Shown here: positions 19,833-29,761 of the stretch, piece by piece
Numbering within the stretch: the first letter of the stretch is position 1
How the letters are laid out: each line of letters starts with the position of its first letter
Program-made: the position numbers and the translations under genes
NCBI GenBank assembly: GCA_963699255.1
Contig: OY969425.1
Location: 646,070 to 710,069, forward strand
From: an uncultured bacterium
Lineage (GTDB): Bacteria; Margulisbacteria; WOR-1; CAVSGV01
Direction: 5' to 3'
DNA: 64,000 nt
The notes under the pieces: model-generated
Databases searched by the model: none
What the model was told of the DNA's origin: nothing
What the model saw: only the letters and a program-made list of their open reading frames with translations

Positions 19833-20411
19833 TCACTGAAGTTCTGGTTCTATCAATCCGTAATTGCCGGTGCTTCTCCTGTAAATGGTATTGACCTCGC
19901 CGGTCTTTGAATTTAGGAACATGTAGAAGTCATGCCCCAGAAGTTCCATTTCCTGTGAGGCCTCTTCCGGCGTGATCGGGGTCATTGCGAACCGTTTTAC
20001 CTTAACGACAACGGGACCGGGGGTTTCTTTGGGTTTTATCGTTTCCGCATTGATCCCCTCAGCCATCATCTCCCTGACATGTTCCTTGGTTTTTCCGCCC
20101 TTCCTGCGAATTTCTTTAACCAGTTTTTCCTTGTGTTTTTCTATCTGCCTCTCCAGCTTGTCAAAAACCTGGTCGATGGCGGCGTACATGTCGGACGCTC
20201 CGTCGGTCGCCCTTACGATCTTTCCCGCGGTCCATACCGTGACCTCCGCGACCTGGTTCCTTAATTGATCATCGTTCTTCCTGACATCCAGTGTCACTTC
20301 GGCCTTCTGGATATTACCGAAATATTCATCAAGCTTGCCCAATTTCTTTTCGGCATAATCCCTGAGCGGAGCCGTAACATCCATACCGTGCCCTTGAACT
20401 ATCACATGCAT
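19833..20411 (-). CDS. hpf: ribosome hibernation promoting factor (long HPF)
   Basis: 192 aa from MHVIVQGHGMDVT. The S30AE domain plus C-terminal dimerisation domain marks a long HPF. The upstream part of the ORF track is an overlap artefact with comF. Confidence 0.85.
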   Translation of the reverse strand: MHVIVQGHGMDVTAPLRDYAEKKLGKLDEYFGNIQKAEVTLDVRKNDDQLRNQVAEVTVWTAGKIVRATDGASDMYAAIDQVFDKLERQIEKHKEKLVKEIRRKGGKTKEHVREMMAEGINAETIKPKETPGPVVVKVKRFAMTPITPEEASQEMELLGHDFYMFLNSKTGEVNTIYRRSTGNYGLIEPELQ

Positions 20412-20460
20412 AAATAATCCTCCTGTCTGAATATCTGGATAAATTATATACTGTTTTCGA

Positions 20461-21204
20461 TCAATCCTCAACCGCTCTTGCCAAAGTGAGGGCATAAATG
20501 TTCTTCGCCCCCGCTGCTTTAAGCGCTTTCGAAGCTTCACGCACGGTAGCGCCGGTCGTATAGATATCATCGATCAACAGAACGTTCTTTCCCGTCAGCG
20601 CAGACGCCTGGAAAGCGCCCCTGACGTTCTGGAGCCTTTCCTTTCTTGAGAGTTCGAACTGGGGAGTGACATCCTTTATTTTTTTAAGGGAGCGGCTGTC
20701 GAGATATATTGAACATTGCCTGGAAATTTCCTCCGCAAGCATTTTTGACTGGTTATACCCTCTTTGTTTCTCCCTCTTTGCCGACAGCGGGATCGGGATC
20801 ATAAGATCGATCTCTTTCGCGGGAATGTCCCCGTATCGCAAATAAGAAACGAGGAGCTTGCCGAGAAATGAGGAGAGCGTCCTCTTTCCGTCAAATTTGA
20901 ATTTATGGATCGCCTCCTTCAGCACGCCGTCGTATAACGCGACCGATCTGGCCAGGGTAAAAGGGACGCCTCCCCTGCCGCAGTCCTCGCACAGATCCCC
21001 GGCAAAGTATTTATCCCTGGGCTTTCCGCAGAGCCCGCATATCGGCGGCTTAAGGTAAACGACTTTGTTCACGCAAACATCGCAGATGATCTTCCGGCTT
21101 TTGTTCTTGCATATTACGCAGCATGGCGGGAATATCAGGTCGATAAGATGGTCGAACGGGCTGGGCATGATGAAATTATAGCCGCTTGCTTGAAATTTTG
21201 CCAC
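20461..21204 (-). CDS. comFC: ComF-family competence protein (phosphoribosyltransferase domain with an N-terminal zinc finger)
   Basis: 247 aa; CxxC...CxxC N-terminus and a PRTase motif (VLLIDDIYTTGAT). The start may instead be the ATG at 21168. Confidence 0.8.
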   Translation of the reverse strand: MAKFQASGYNFIMPSPFDHLIDLIFPPCCVICKNKSRKIICDVCVNKVVYLKPPICGLCGKPRDKYFAGDLCEDCGRGGVPFTLARSVALYDGVLKEAIHKFKFDGKRTLSSFLGKLLVSYLRYGDIPAKEIDLMIPIPLSAKREKQRGYNQSKMLAEEISRQCSIYLDSRSLKKIKDVTPQFELSRKERLQNVRGAFQASALTGKNVLLIDDIYTTGATVREASKALKAAGAKNIYALTLARAVED

Positions 21205-21224
21205 TAGTATGATATATTTTAAAC

Positions 21225-21839
21225 ATGATCTGGGATGAAATCATTCTGCTTCTCGATCAGGGAGAAGGACAACAGGTGGAGTTCGACAAAACCATCCCAT
21301 CCACGGACGATATCGCAAGAGAATACGTCGCCTTTGCGAATTCCGACGGCGGCCACCTGATCCTGGGAATTGACGATAAGAACAAACACCTCATGGGAGT
21401 TGACCTGGCGGATGACTCCGTGGATAAGCTGATGAAGATAGGAAGCGAGAAATGCGTGCCCGCAATTACCCCTCACATTGAAACAATGGAAAAAAACGGG
21501 AAAAAAGTAATAGACATAATGATAAACGAAGGCGATGAGAAGCCGTACAGGACCGACGAGATCTGCTATATAAGGGACGGCAACATCTCGCGTCCGGCAA
21601 GGGAAAGAGAAGAAGAAGAGATAAAGAGCCCGTGGGCGGGGAAAGACCTGAACAAGCGGCAAAAAAGGGCGCTGCAGTTCATAACCGAACACGGATCCAT
21701 TACCAACAGGGAATACAGGGAAGCTTTCAACGTCTCTCATAAGACAGCTCACATTGAAATGACGCTTCTTTCGGAGAAAAAACTTGTGGAGGCTCAGGGA
21801 GCGGGTCGGAACACCCACTACGTCCTTCCGCCGCAGTAA
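21225..21839 (+). CDS. AlbA_2 (divergent AAA/Schlafen-like) DNA-binding domain protein with a C-terminal HTH; putative transcriptional regulator
   Basis: 204 aa. The N-terminal ~120 aa is AlbA_2-like (FANSDGGHLILGID). The C-terminus resembles a winged-helix domain. Confidence 0.55.
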   Translation: MIWDEIILLLDQGEGQQVEFDKTIPSTDDIAREYVAFANSDGGHLILGIDDKNKHLMGVDLADDSVDKLMKIGSEKCVPAITPHIETMEKNGKKVIDIMINEGDEKPYRTDEICYIRDGNISRPAREREEEEIKSPWAGKDLNKRQKRALQFITEHGSITNREYREAFNVSHKTAHIEMTLLSEKKLVEAQGAGRNTHYVLPPQ

Positions 21840-21922
21840 CCGCGTTTGAGAGAACTAAAAACTTGAAAACAAAATATACAAATGCTATGATAAACCTCGT
21901 TCCATTTGAAACTTAGATAGGA

Positions 21923-22681
21923 TTGAACAAATTGAGAAAACCCATAATCGCCGGCAACTGGAAGATGTACAAGACCATAGTGGAATCAGTCTCAACCGCC
22001 ATAGATCTGAAAGCACAGGTCTCCGGAATATCCGACAGGGAAATAGTGATCTGCCCCGTTTTTACCTCTCTCAAATTCGTCTGCGACGCCCTGGTGAATT
22101 CCAACATCAGTGTCGGCGCCCAAGACCTTTTCTGGGAGGACAAGGGAGCGTTCACCGGGGAAATTTCCGCGCCCCAGATAAAAGACACGGGATGCGCCTA
22201 TGTGATAATAGGCCATTCTGAAAGAAGGCAGTATTTCCACGAGACGAACGAAACCGTCGGCAAAAAGACCCTCTCCGCGCTTAAAGCCAGACTGATACCG
22301 ATCGTTTGCGTGGGTGAAACCCTTGCCGAAAGAGAATCCGGAAAAACTTTTTCGGTCATTGAAAAGCAGATCAGGGAAGGGCTCGGCTGCCTCTCGGCGG
22401 AACAGGCGAAAATGATAGTTGTCGCTTACGAGCCGGTCTGGGCCATAGGGACCGGCAAGGTCGCCACCCCCGCACAGGCTGAAGAGGTCCATATCTGCAT
22501 AAGGAAAACCGTCGCGAACATGTTCGGCCAGGACCTGGCGGACGGCATGAGGATACTTTACGGCGGGAGCGTAAAGCCGGAGAACATCGCGGTGCTCATG
22601 GAACAGAAAAATATCGACGGGGCGCTGGTCGGCGGCGCAAGCCTGGATGCAGCGTCTTTCGCGAAAATAATCAAATATTAA
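21923..22681 (+). CDS. tpiA: triose-phosphate isomerase
   Basis: 252 aa; AGNWKM, IGHSERR and VAYEPVWAIGTG motifs. Confidence 0.92.
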   Translation: MNKLRKPIIAGNWKMYKTIVESVSTAIDLKAQVSGISDREIVICPVFTSLKFVCDALVNSNISVGAQDLFWEDKGAFTGEISAPQIKDTGCAYVIIGHSERRQYFHETNETVGKKTLSALKARLIPIVCVGETLAERESGKTFSVIEKQIREGLGCLSAEQAKMIVVAYEPVWAIGTGKVATPAQAEEVHICIRKTVANMFGQDLADGMRILYGGSVKPENIAVLMEQKNIDGALVGGASLDAASFAKIIKY

Positions 22682-22699
22682 ACAGGAAGGAGCAAAAAA

Positions 22700-23665
22700 A
22701 TGACAGCATTTAAAGATCTTGGACTGGTGAACACAAGGGAGATGTTCAAGAAAGCCGTTGACGGTGAGTACGCGATCCCCGCCTACAATTTCAATAACAT
22801 GGAGCAGCTGCAGGCGATCATGATGGCCTGCGCCGAGACAAGCTCGCCGGTCATAATCCAGGTCTCTTCGGCGCGAGAAAGTACGCGAACGCCGACAATG
22901 CTGCGCTACATGGCGCAGGGCGCGGTGGAGATGACAAGGAAAGACCTTAAATCGAACATCCCCATATGCCTGCACCTTGACCACGGCGATACCTTTGAGC
23001 TCTGTGTCTCCTGCATAGAATACGGATTTTCATCAGTGATGATCGACGGAAGCCACCTTCCCTATGAGGAAAATGTCGCGCTGACAAAGAAGGTCGTGGA
23101 ATACGCGCACAAATATGATGTGACCGTGGAGGGAGAGCTCGGGGTGCTCGCCGGGATCGAAGACGCGGTGAAAGCCGAGAAACACACCTACACCCAGCCC
23201 GAAGAGGTCCAGGACTTTGTCAAGAAGACAGGGGTTGATTCTCTGGCTATATCAATAGGAACATCGCACGGCGCGTATAAGTTCAAGCCGGGCACAAAGC
23301 CGGAGATCAGGCTGGACATTCTTCACGTAATAGAAAAAAGGATCCCCGGTTTCCCGATAGTCCTTCACGGCTCTTCTTCCGTACCACAGGATTTGGTGAA
23401 GCAGATCAATTCGAACGGCGGGAAACTGAAAGACGCCATCGGCATACCCGAAACCCAGCTGAGGGAAGCGGCAAAGTCCGCCGTATGCAAGATAAACATC
23501 GATTCTGACGGCCGGCTGGCCATGACCGCGGCGATAAGAAAGGTCTTTGTCGAAAAACCGGAGGAGTTCGACCCCAGGAAATATCTAGGTCCGGCGAGGG
23601 ACGCGCTGAAAGAACTTTACAAGCACAAAAATATCAATGTCCTCGGTTCCGCGGGAAAAGCTTAG
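22700..23665 (+). CDS. fba: class II fructose-bisphosphate aldolase
   Basis: 321 aa; HLDHG and GELG metal-binding motifs. Confidence 0.9.
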   Translation: MTAFKDLGLVNTREMFKKAVDGEYAIPAYNFNNMEQLQAIMMACAETSSPVIIQVSSARESTRTPTMLRYMAQGAVEMTRKDLKSNIPICLHLDHGDTFELCVSCIEYGFSSVMIDGSHLPYEENVALTKKVVEYAHKYDVTVEGELGVLAGIEDAVKAEKHTYTQPEEVQDFVKKTGVDSLAISIGTSHGAYKFKPGTKPEIRLDILHVIEKRIPGFPIVLHGSSSVPQDLVKQINSNGGKLKDAIGIPETQLREAAKSAVCKINIDSDGRLAMTAAIRKVFVEKPEEFDPRKYLGPARDALKELYKHKNINVLGSAGKA

Positions 23666-23786
23666 GATACAAAAAACGAATGTCCTAAAGTCCGAATATC
23701 CGAACAATGAAAAATACAATATAAATTCCTTGTTAGGACTTTCGGATTTCTGACATTCGGAATTATTTTATAAGTAAGGGAAAGAC

Positions 23787-25433
23787 ATGACGCTGGAAAA
23801 CGACCTGAAAAAGATGGAAAAGAACAATTCTCTGTTCGAGGAGAATATCCGCAAGATAAGAGTTCCGGTCCTTAAAAAGTTCCAAAGCAAGGGCAAGCTG
23901 GTCCCTTTGTCATTTGAGCCGACAGGTAAGATATTGGAGACTAAATACAGCGCCGCTGTGTCTAAGGCGTTCCCTAAAGTTGTCGGTGCCGGCAAGAACA
24001 GATTGCTCTCCGGCTCTAAACCCAATAAGAAACCGGCTAAAGGCAAGCGTGTTGCCGTGTTGTTCTCCGGCGGTCCGGCAGCCGGCGGCCACAATGTGAT
24101 CGCCGGTTTGAAGGCCATACTGGGCAAGAACAATACATTGCTTGGAGTTAAAGCCGGGCCCAAGGGTTTATTGGCAGGTGAGCTTTTTGAGATCACCGAT
24201 GAAGCCGTGAAGCGTATCTTGAATACCGGCGGTTTTGATTTTTTGGGCTCGGACCGCACCAAGATCAAAACCGATGATCAATTCCGGCAGGTCAAGAATG
24301 TTTGCGGGAAGAACGAACTGGATGCGATAGTGATCATCGGCGGCGACGACTCCAACACCAATGCCGCTGTGCTGGCTGAGCATTTCTATGGCAAAGTCCA
24401 GGTGATCGGCATCCCCAAGACCGTTGACGGCGATCTGCAGGTCGGCGGGCTGCTGCCGATCTCGTTCGGTTTTGATACCGCGACCAAGATCTATGCTGAG
24501 ATGGTCGGCAATATTTTGCAGGACACTCGATCTTCCCTCAAGTACTGGCACTTTATTAAGCTGATGGGCCGTGCTGCTTCGCACGTGGCTCTTGAGGTCG
24601 CGCTGCAGACCCGTCCGCCGGTTTGCCTGATATCTGAGGAGATCGCGGAGAAGAGATCGTCCCTGGGCGAGATCATTGATTCTATCGCCCAGATCGTTGT
24701 TGCCAGGGCAAAGAAAAAGATCAATCACGGGGTTGTGCTCATCCCGGAAGGCATCGTTGAGTTCATTCCGGAAATGAACGTTTTGATCTCTGAGTTGAAT
24801 GATGCTTTGGCTCATTACGGCCAGACCAAAGCAGTGGACCATCTATCCGCGGCCAGTGCGCAGCTATTCAGATCCTTGCCTGCGTATATTCAGGAGATGT
24901 TGCTGGCTGAAAGGGATTCTCACGGCAATCTGCAAGTTTCTTTGATCCCAACCGAGCGATTGATCATCGATATGGTCGCTCGCCGCGTCAAAGAGATCGA
25001 TCCGGGTGTTAAGTTCAACACGCTGCATCACTTCTTTGGTTACGAAGGACGCTGCGGTGCGCCTTCTTTATTTGATGCCGCTTATACCTACAACCTTGGT
25101 TTGGTCGCTGGCTCTCTGATCCTGGACGGCAAAACCGGCTACCTGGCTGCCCTGACCGATCTATACAAAGGCGGTAAAGCTCTGGGTATACCTTTGACAG
25201 GTCTGCTCAATGTCGAGCATCGTCATGGCAAAGATGAAATGGTCATCGAAAAAGCTCTGGTCAGGACGGATTCTCCGGCTTTCAAATTCTTTGCTTCGCG
25301 GCGTGAGGATTGGGCTGATGATGACAGGTTCACTTCTCCTGGTCCGCGCCAACTATGGGGGCCAACGACCAAACAGCTCCCGATATCTGTTGCTTTAAAT
25401 CAAGGCTATAAAGGCCTGGAATTCACTCTGTAA
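23787..25433 (+). CDS. pfp: pyrophosphate-dependent phosphofructokinase (diphosphate--fructose-6-phosphate 1-phosphotransferase, long form)
   Basis: 548 aa; GGPAAGGHN, GGDDS and MGR motifs, and the long ~550 aa architecture of PPi-PFKs. Confidence 0.8.
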   Translation: MTLENDLKKMEKNNSLFEENIRKIRVPVLKKFQSKGKLVPLSFEPTGKILETKYSAAVSKAFPKVVGAGKNRLLSGSKPNKKPAKGKRVAVLFSGGPAAGGHNVIAGLKAILGKNNTLLGVKAGPKGLLAGELFEITDEAVKRILNTGGFDFLGSDRTKIKTDDQFRQVKNVCGKNELDAIVIIGGDDSNTNAAVLAEHFYGKVQVIGIPKTVDGDLQVGGLLPISFGFDTATKIYAEMVGNILQDTRSSLKYWHFIKLMGRAASHVALEVALQTRPPVCLISEEIAEKRSSLGEIIDSIAQIVVARAKKKINHGVVLIPEGIVEFIPEMNVLISELNDALAHYGQTKAVDHLSAASAQLFRSLPAYIQEMLLAERDSHGNLQVSLIPTERLIIDMVARRVKEIDPGVKFNTLHHFFGYEGRCGAPSLFDAAYTYNLGLVAGSLILDGKTGYLAALTDLYKGGKALGIPLTGLLNVEHRHGKDEMVIEKALVRTDSPAFKFFASRREDWADDDRFTSPGPRQLWGPTTKQLPISVALNQGYKGLEFTL

Positions 25434-25443
25434 AAAGATGCTT

Positions 25444-25470
25444 GGAACCTGCGACTGAAGTCGCGGTTCC
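25444..25470. repeat. REP-like GGAACC palindrome (GGAACCTGCGACT-GA-AGTCGCGGTTCC) 10 nt after the pfp stop
   Basis: Near-identical to the unit at 17053-17080. Confidence 0.5.
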
Positions 25471-25618
25471 ATTTCAGAGTTCAAGGTCTTTAAGTGTCTT
25501 TCGAAGTTCTTCTTTTTGAGCGGTCCTCTTCTTGAGCTTGTTCTTCCTGGATTGTATCACTTGAGTGGCGGTTTTTCTGGTGGAAGGCAGGCCCCACATC
25601 CTCATCTTCGGGACTTTC

Positions 25619-26104
25619 CTACTTCGCTGGCGCGGCATGGGATGCATCCCCGTTGAACTCGTACATCACCGCGGTTTCATTGCACTCATCGGGGAACTTG
25701 ATGCAGTGGATGCATTCTCCCCAGATCTTCTGGGGCAGACGCCTTTTCTGGACGGTCTTGAAGCCGAGTTTATTGAAAAATTCCTTTATCAGGGTCAGGG
25801 CGAAGACTTTTTTGATGCCCAGATCCTTCGCTTCTTTCAAAGCTTCCTCAACAAGCTTTTTCCCCCACCCCTGCCCGCGCACCGATTCATCCACCGCGAG
25901 CGCTTTCACTTCCGCGAGATCGTCCCAGACTATATTGAGGGCCACGCAGCCTTTTATCTTGCCGTCCACATCAACGACATAAAAGTCCCGTATGTTGTCA
26001 TACAGATTGTTCAGCGACCTTGGAAGCATCAGGTCTTTATCGGCATAATGGTTCACCAGGGAATGGATGTGCTTCACATCGCTGATCTTTGCTTTTCTTA
26101 TCAT
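25619..26104 (-). CDS. GNAT-family N-acetyltransferase
   Basis: 161 aa; acetyl-CoA binding motif (RGQGWGKKLV). Confidence 0.8.
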   Translation of the reverse strand: MIRKAKISDVKHIHSLVNHYADKDLMLPRSLNNLYDNIRDFYVVDVDGKIKGCVALNIVWDDLAEVKALAVDESVRGQGWGKKLVEEALKEAKDLGIKKVFALTLIKEFFNKLGFKTVQKRRLPQKIWGECIHCIKFPDECNETAVMYEFNGDASHAAPAK

Positions 26105-26223
26105 AACGGGGACAAAGTATATCAGGAAATCCGCGGTGATTCAAATGCTCCTTTTTGCCCCCATAAAAAAAGAGACCCTGGCTTGTGTCCAGAGTCTCCT
26201 TTAAATCTTTAAAGATCCAAAAA

Positions 26224-26445
26224 CTACTTTTTTGCAGGGACCACAGGCGTCGCCGCCTTTTTGACCTTCTTTACCTTTTTAACCTTTTTAACAACGGCCT
26301 TCTTGGTCATCGTCTTCTTGGCCTTCATTTCCATTGTTGGGGTCTTTGTCTCGCTGGATTTCTTTCCGCCGATGCCCCACAGAGCAAAGGACGAAACTGA
26401 AAGAACGAAAATAGCGCAGAAAAGCAATGCTAATAACTTTTTCAT
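26224..26445 (-). CDS. small secreted lysine-rich protein (signal peptide plus a KKVKKVKKVKK tail)
   Basis: 73 aa; hydrophobic N-terminus. The tail is encoded by 9-nt tandem repeats (AAAAAGGTN). Confidence 0.45.
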   Translation of the reverse strand: MKKLLALLFCAIFVLSVSSFALWGIGGKKSSETKTPTMEMKAKKTMTKKAVVKKVKKVKKVKKAATPVVPAKK

Positions 26446-26517
26446 TTATTCACCTCCCCCGATCAGGACTAACTATATTACCCGGAACGGACAATGTCAA
26501 GCCTGAGTTGATTTTTT

Positions 26518-26958
26518 TCAATCCGACCAGTTGATCAGCGGCAATATCCTTGACCTGCTTATATTTATCAATCCTATCTGAAGACCGGACAGCTCTCCGG
26601 CGACGTTCACAAGCCCAATCTGGAGCCCCGACATGCTGGCCGAATCATTGAACACGAGCGCGCACTGGAAGGGTCTTGTACGGCCTGTTATGTTAACCGC
26701 GCCGATCTGAACGGCATCCATCTCACCGGAAACCCTCTGGACAAGCCCGCAATCGAGCCCGTAAACGTTCATGATATCCCCGTAGATCAGGTTCAACCTT
26801 ACGCCCCTTACGGTGTTCAGCCCCGGCGGGACCGCGTAAGGATGAAAGAACGATACCTGAACGGGGGCGCTGTTCTCCACAAAATAAGCGGCCTCCTGCG
26901 CGCTAACAAAAGAGACCGAAATAAAAAGCAATATGAATGTCAGGAACATTTTTTTCAT
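26518..26958 (-). CDS. exported protein with GLQIGLVN repeat motifs
   Basis: 146 aa from MKKMFLTF with a signal peptide. Tandem SGLQIGL(V/I)N motifs lie near the C-terminus. The longer ORF-track extension was rejected. Confidence 0.5.
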   Translation of the reverse strand: MKKMFLTFILLFISVSFVSAQEAAYFVENSAPVQVSFFHPYAVPPGLNTVRGVRLNLIYGDIMNVYGLDCGLVQRVSGEMDAVQIGAVNITGRTRPFQCALVFNDSASMSGLQIGLVNVAGELSGLQIGLINISRSRILPLINWSD

Positions 26959-27041
26959 AAATTCGCCTATCCATGGCGCCCGGACATTATACCACAAAAC
27001 CCTGTCCTGGCTGAAATTCCCGCGCAGATCATACGATAAAT

Positions 27042-27752
27042 ATGCGGTTATACCAAGGAGCCTATATGGCCAGAATAGAAAGGATAAGAATAGCATACAG
27101 CGATCCCGCACTGCGGATCTCACTCGCGAACATAAAAAATGATCCCCTGAAAAAATCAAGGAACGAAGACCTGTCAAAGCACATCCTTAATATTGTCACT
27201 TTGGAAAATCTCAAGCACGGCAATATGGTGTTTAAATTTGACCGGTCGGGGTTCCCGACATACCTTCCTAAAAACAGCAACAATGCCGGTGTAGATCAGA
27301 TCCTGTTCTCGTCCCGGACCGAAGATGTCACCACAGACGCAAGCGCCTGCTCTTCGTACATGCTCTTCTGCGAGAACATGAGGCTGCTTGCGGCGGCGCA
27401 CGTGGCAGGGTTCCACTCTCAGAATCCGCTTTTTCACAGGGAAATGCTGTTATACGCTTATGCCAACCTGCGTAAAATGGCTCCGGAAGATCCTATCTCG
27501 GCCTATATATCGGGAATGTATTTTTTCGCACCATCTGAATTCCCGCATAGCCAGAAAGCCATGATAAACACGAACAGAACGAATCTCATGTCAGTGGTAG
27601 AGAATCTAATGAGCTGGGATGTGCGGATCAAGGTCATTGATATTGGAGGCCGTTATTGCAGACAGATATTTTCGCCAAAGACCGGGGGATACAAGCTCGA
27701 ATTAATGACTTTCGATGCCGCTGATGTCAGATCTTCTTCGCTGATAAAATAA
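27042..27752 (+). CDS. hypothetical protein
   Basis: 236 aa ORF with no recognisable motifs. It runs divergent from 26518..26958. Confidence 0.4.
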   Translation: MRLYQGAYMARIERIRIAYSDPALRISLANIKNDPLKKSRNEDLSKHILNIVTLENLKHGNMVFKFDRSGFPTYLPKNSNNAGVDQILFSSRTEDVTTDASACSSYMLFCENMRLLAAAHVAGFHSQNPLFHREMLLYAYANLRKMAPEDPISAYISGMYFFAPSEFPHSQKAMINTNRTNLMSVVENLMSWDVRIKVIDIGGRYCRQIFSPKTGGYKLELMTFDAADVRSSSLIK

Positions 27753-28326
27753 CTACGTCCTCTTCAGGAACATCTTCGAAAATTCCCACTGTATGGGTCG
27801 GGACGGCTTTTATAGCGTCCACAACATCCATGCCGTCCGTCACTTTCCCGAATACGCAGTAGCCGAAACCCTGCTGGGTGTTGTCCCTGTGGTCAAGGAA
27901 CGGGTTATCGACGACGTTTATGAAGAACTGCGCCGTGCCGCTGTCCACAACGTTCGTCCTGGCCATAGCCAGCGTGCCTTTCGTGTTAGAGAGGCCGTTG
28001 CCCGCCTCGTTCTTTATAGGGGTAAGCGTCAGCTTCTCAACCATTCCCTTTTGGAATCCGCCCCCCTGTATCATGAAGCCCGGAATGACCCTGTGGAATA
28101 TGGTCCCGTCATAGAATCCCGAATTGACGTAAGACAGGAAGTTCGCGACCGTCACCGGCGCTTTGTCCGGATACAGCTCGAGCGTAATATTGCCTTTTGA
28201 GGTCTCCATCATAACTTTCGGGTTGCTGTTCATTGTTTCTCCTTCCTTTGCCGGAGGCGTGCTCATAGCGAAGCACAGGCCTGATATCAAAACACACACT
28301 GCAATTGCCGCGAACATTTTTTTCAT
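27727..28326 (-). CDS. secreted cyclophilin-type peptidyl-prolyl cis-trans isomerase
   Basis: Signal peptide ([16 protein letters not shown]) and cyclophilin motifs ([13 protein letters not shown]). Confidence 0.85.
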   Translation of the reverse strand: MKKMFAAIAVCVLISGLCFAMSTPPAKEGETMNSNPKVMMETSKGNITLELYPDKAPVTVANFLSYVNSGFYDGTIFHRVIPGFMIQGGGFQKGMVEKLTLTPIKNEAGNGLSNTKGTLAMARTNVVDSGTAQFFINVVDNPFLDHRDNTQQGFGYCVFGKVTDGMDVVDAIKAVPTHTVGIFEDVPEEDVVILSAKKI

Positions 28327-28373
28327 TTGGTTCACCCTTTCCTTCTTCACTATTCTACTATAAAGGAACGGAC

Positions 28374-28525
28374 ATGGCAATAAAGGCGATTTAGGGCAAA
28401 ATAAGGCAACAGAAGACACAAGGCTTATGGCTCAGGGTAAAAGCAACTATTCTTTTGCCCTTAGCCATGTATCTTACGCCCTATCCCCTCCATCTCTTCA
28501 TTTGCCTTCAATCGCCTTCAATATC
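28374..28525. repeat. long imperfect palindrome (two ~70-nt inverted arms of degenerate 10-nt ARGGCGATWR units), 'empty' copy
   Basis: The arm ATGGCAATAAAGGCGATTTAGGGCAAAATAAGGC...ATGGCTCAGGGTAAAAG mirrors CTTTTGCCCTTAGCCAT...GCCTTCAATCGCCTTCAATATC around a centre at ~28448. Confidence 0.6.
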
Positions 28526-28629
28526 TTTTTATTTGTCTGCTTTCAAACTTTCAATCAGCTTGAACTATCCCCCTCCGGGCGTATAATTCCTTTTGCTTTG
28601 ATCCTTCCCCATTAAAAGGAGTGTGCGAC

Positions 28630-29691
28630 ATGAAAAACAGGCAGTTTATTCCGGTCATAGTAGCTCTCCTAATCCTCTGTTCAATGGCTTTCCTTTACGG
28701 CTGCGGATCTAATACTTCAAGCAACGGAGGTTCGGTCGGCAGCCCGTGGATATATGTCGGCGCATCAAATGACAACGCCATCTCAATAATCGACGGTTCG
28801 ACCAATACTCTCGCGGGAACGATAGAACTTTCGCCAAGAAAGCCGTATCATATTGCCGCTTCACCGGACGGGAAGCATCTTTATGTTTCCACGGACAGCC
28901 CAGAGGTCGTCGTGATAGATACGGCCACTAATAAGATATCCGGCCTTATCACCACTGACGCCGATACGCAGTCTTACGGCATGGCGGTTTCCGTGAACGC
29001 CGCGCTCCTTTATTTTTCGAGATTTAACGATAACAAGCTTGTAAAATCATATCTGAACAGCAATCCTGTAACCTCTGAAACCGTGGTCACCGCCGCTACG
29101 CCGTACGGGATGAGCCTGGCCCATAATGACGGAATAAGTATCGTGTGCGAACCATCGAACCTTGAATGTTTCGACAATTCTCTGTTTATGTCTGACGCCA
29201 GCGTAAGTAACTTGGGCTCCAATCTGTATACTGTGGCCGTGAATAACGGATTGGCATTTGTCCCGCGATACGCGACGGGTGACGTTGCGATAGTTGATGT
29301 GGCGGACATCGTTAATCCAACCGCCGAGGTAACTGTCAGCCTGATAACGCCAGAAAGCGCGGCTACTTCATTTTTTGGGATAGTCTCCATTCCTGGAAAG
29401 AACAAGCTTTATGTAAGCCAGTACAAGCCTGCCGGCACATTAAATATAATTGACGCATCTTCTACTCCGACATTTGAATCCAAGGTGATCACAGGGGGGG
29501 CGTTCACCATGTCAAATCCGACCTATATGACCGCGACCGCTGACGGCAAATATGTATATGTTTATGATACTTCCACGATACACCACTCTCAGATCTGTGT
29601 TGTTGATGCCGCCGCGGATCAGGTCGTGCAAACGATACCTGTAAATGTGGGCGATGATTTTGACAACAATCCGGTAATTATCTATAAGTAA
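28630..29691 (+). CDS. lipoprotein with YVTN-type beta-propeller repeats
   Basis: Signal peptide with a lipobox (LYGC). Repeated ...LYVS/YVYV... beta-propeller blades. ATG at 28630 with GGAG 8 nt upstream. Confidence 0.65.
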   Translation: MKNRQFIPVIVALLILCSMAFLYGCGSNTSSNGGSVGSPWIYVGASNDNAISIIDGSTNTLAGTIELSPRKPYHIAASPDGKHLYVSTDSPEVVVIDTATNKISGLITTDADTQSYGMAVSVNAALLYFSRFNDNKLVKSYLNSNPVTSETVVTAATPYGMSLAHNDGISIVCEPSNLECFDNSLFMSDASVSNLGSNLYTVAVNNGLAFVPRYATGDVAIVDVADIVNPTAEVTVSLITPESAATSFFGIVSIPGKNKLYVSQYKPAGTLNIIDASSTPTFESKVITGGAFTMSNPTYMTATADGKYVYVYDTSTIHHSQICVVDAAADQVVQTIPVNVGDDFDNNPVIIYK

Positions 29692-29710
29692 CTGAAGCGT
29701 TCGGTAAAAG

Positions 29711-29747
29711 CCCGGTTTTATTCTTTCCGAGTAAAGCCGGGTTTTTT
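29711..29747 (+). terminator. rho-independent terminator after the YVTN lipoprotein gene
   Basis: CCCGGTTTTA-loop-TAAAGCCGGG followed by TTTTTTG. Confidence 0.45.
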
Positions 29748-29761
29748 GTTGGTTTTCCGAT

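Noticed and set aside
21219-21818. 199-aa minus-strand ORF overlapping the AlbA_2 gene
   Set aside because: It is the antisense frame of a plus-strand ORF that has clear domain motifs. It is low-complexity and has no start context.
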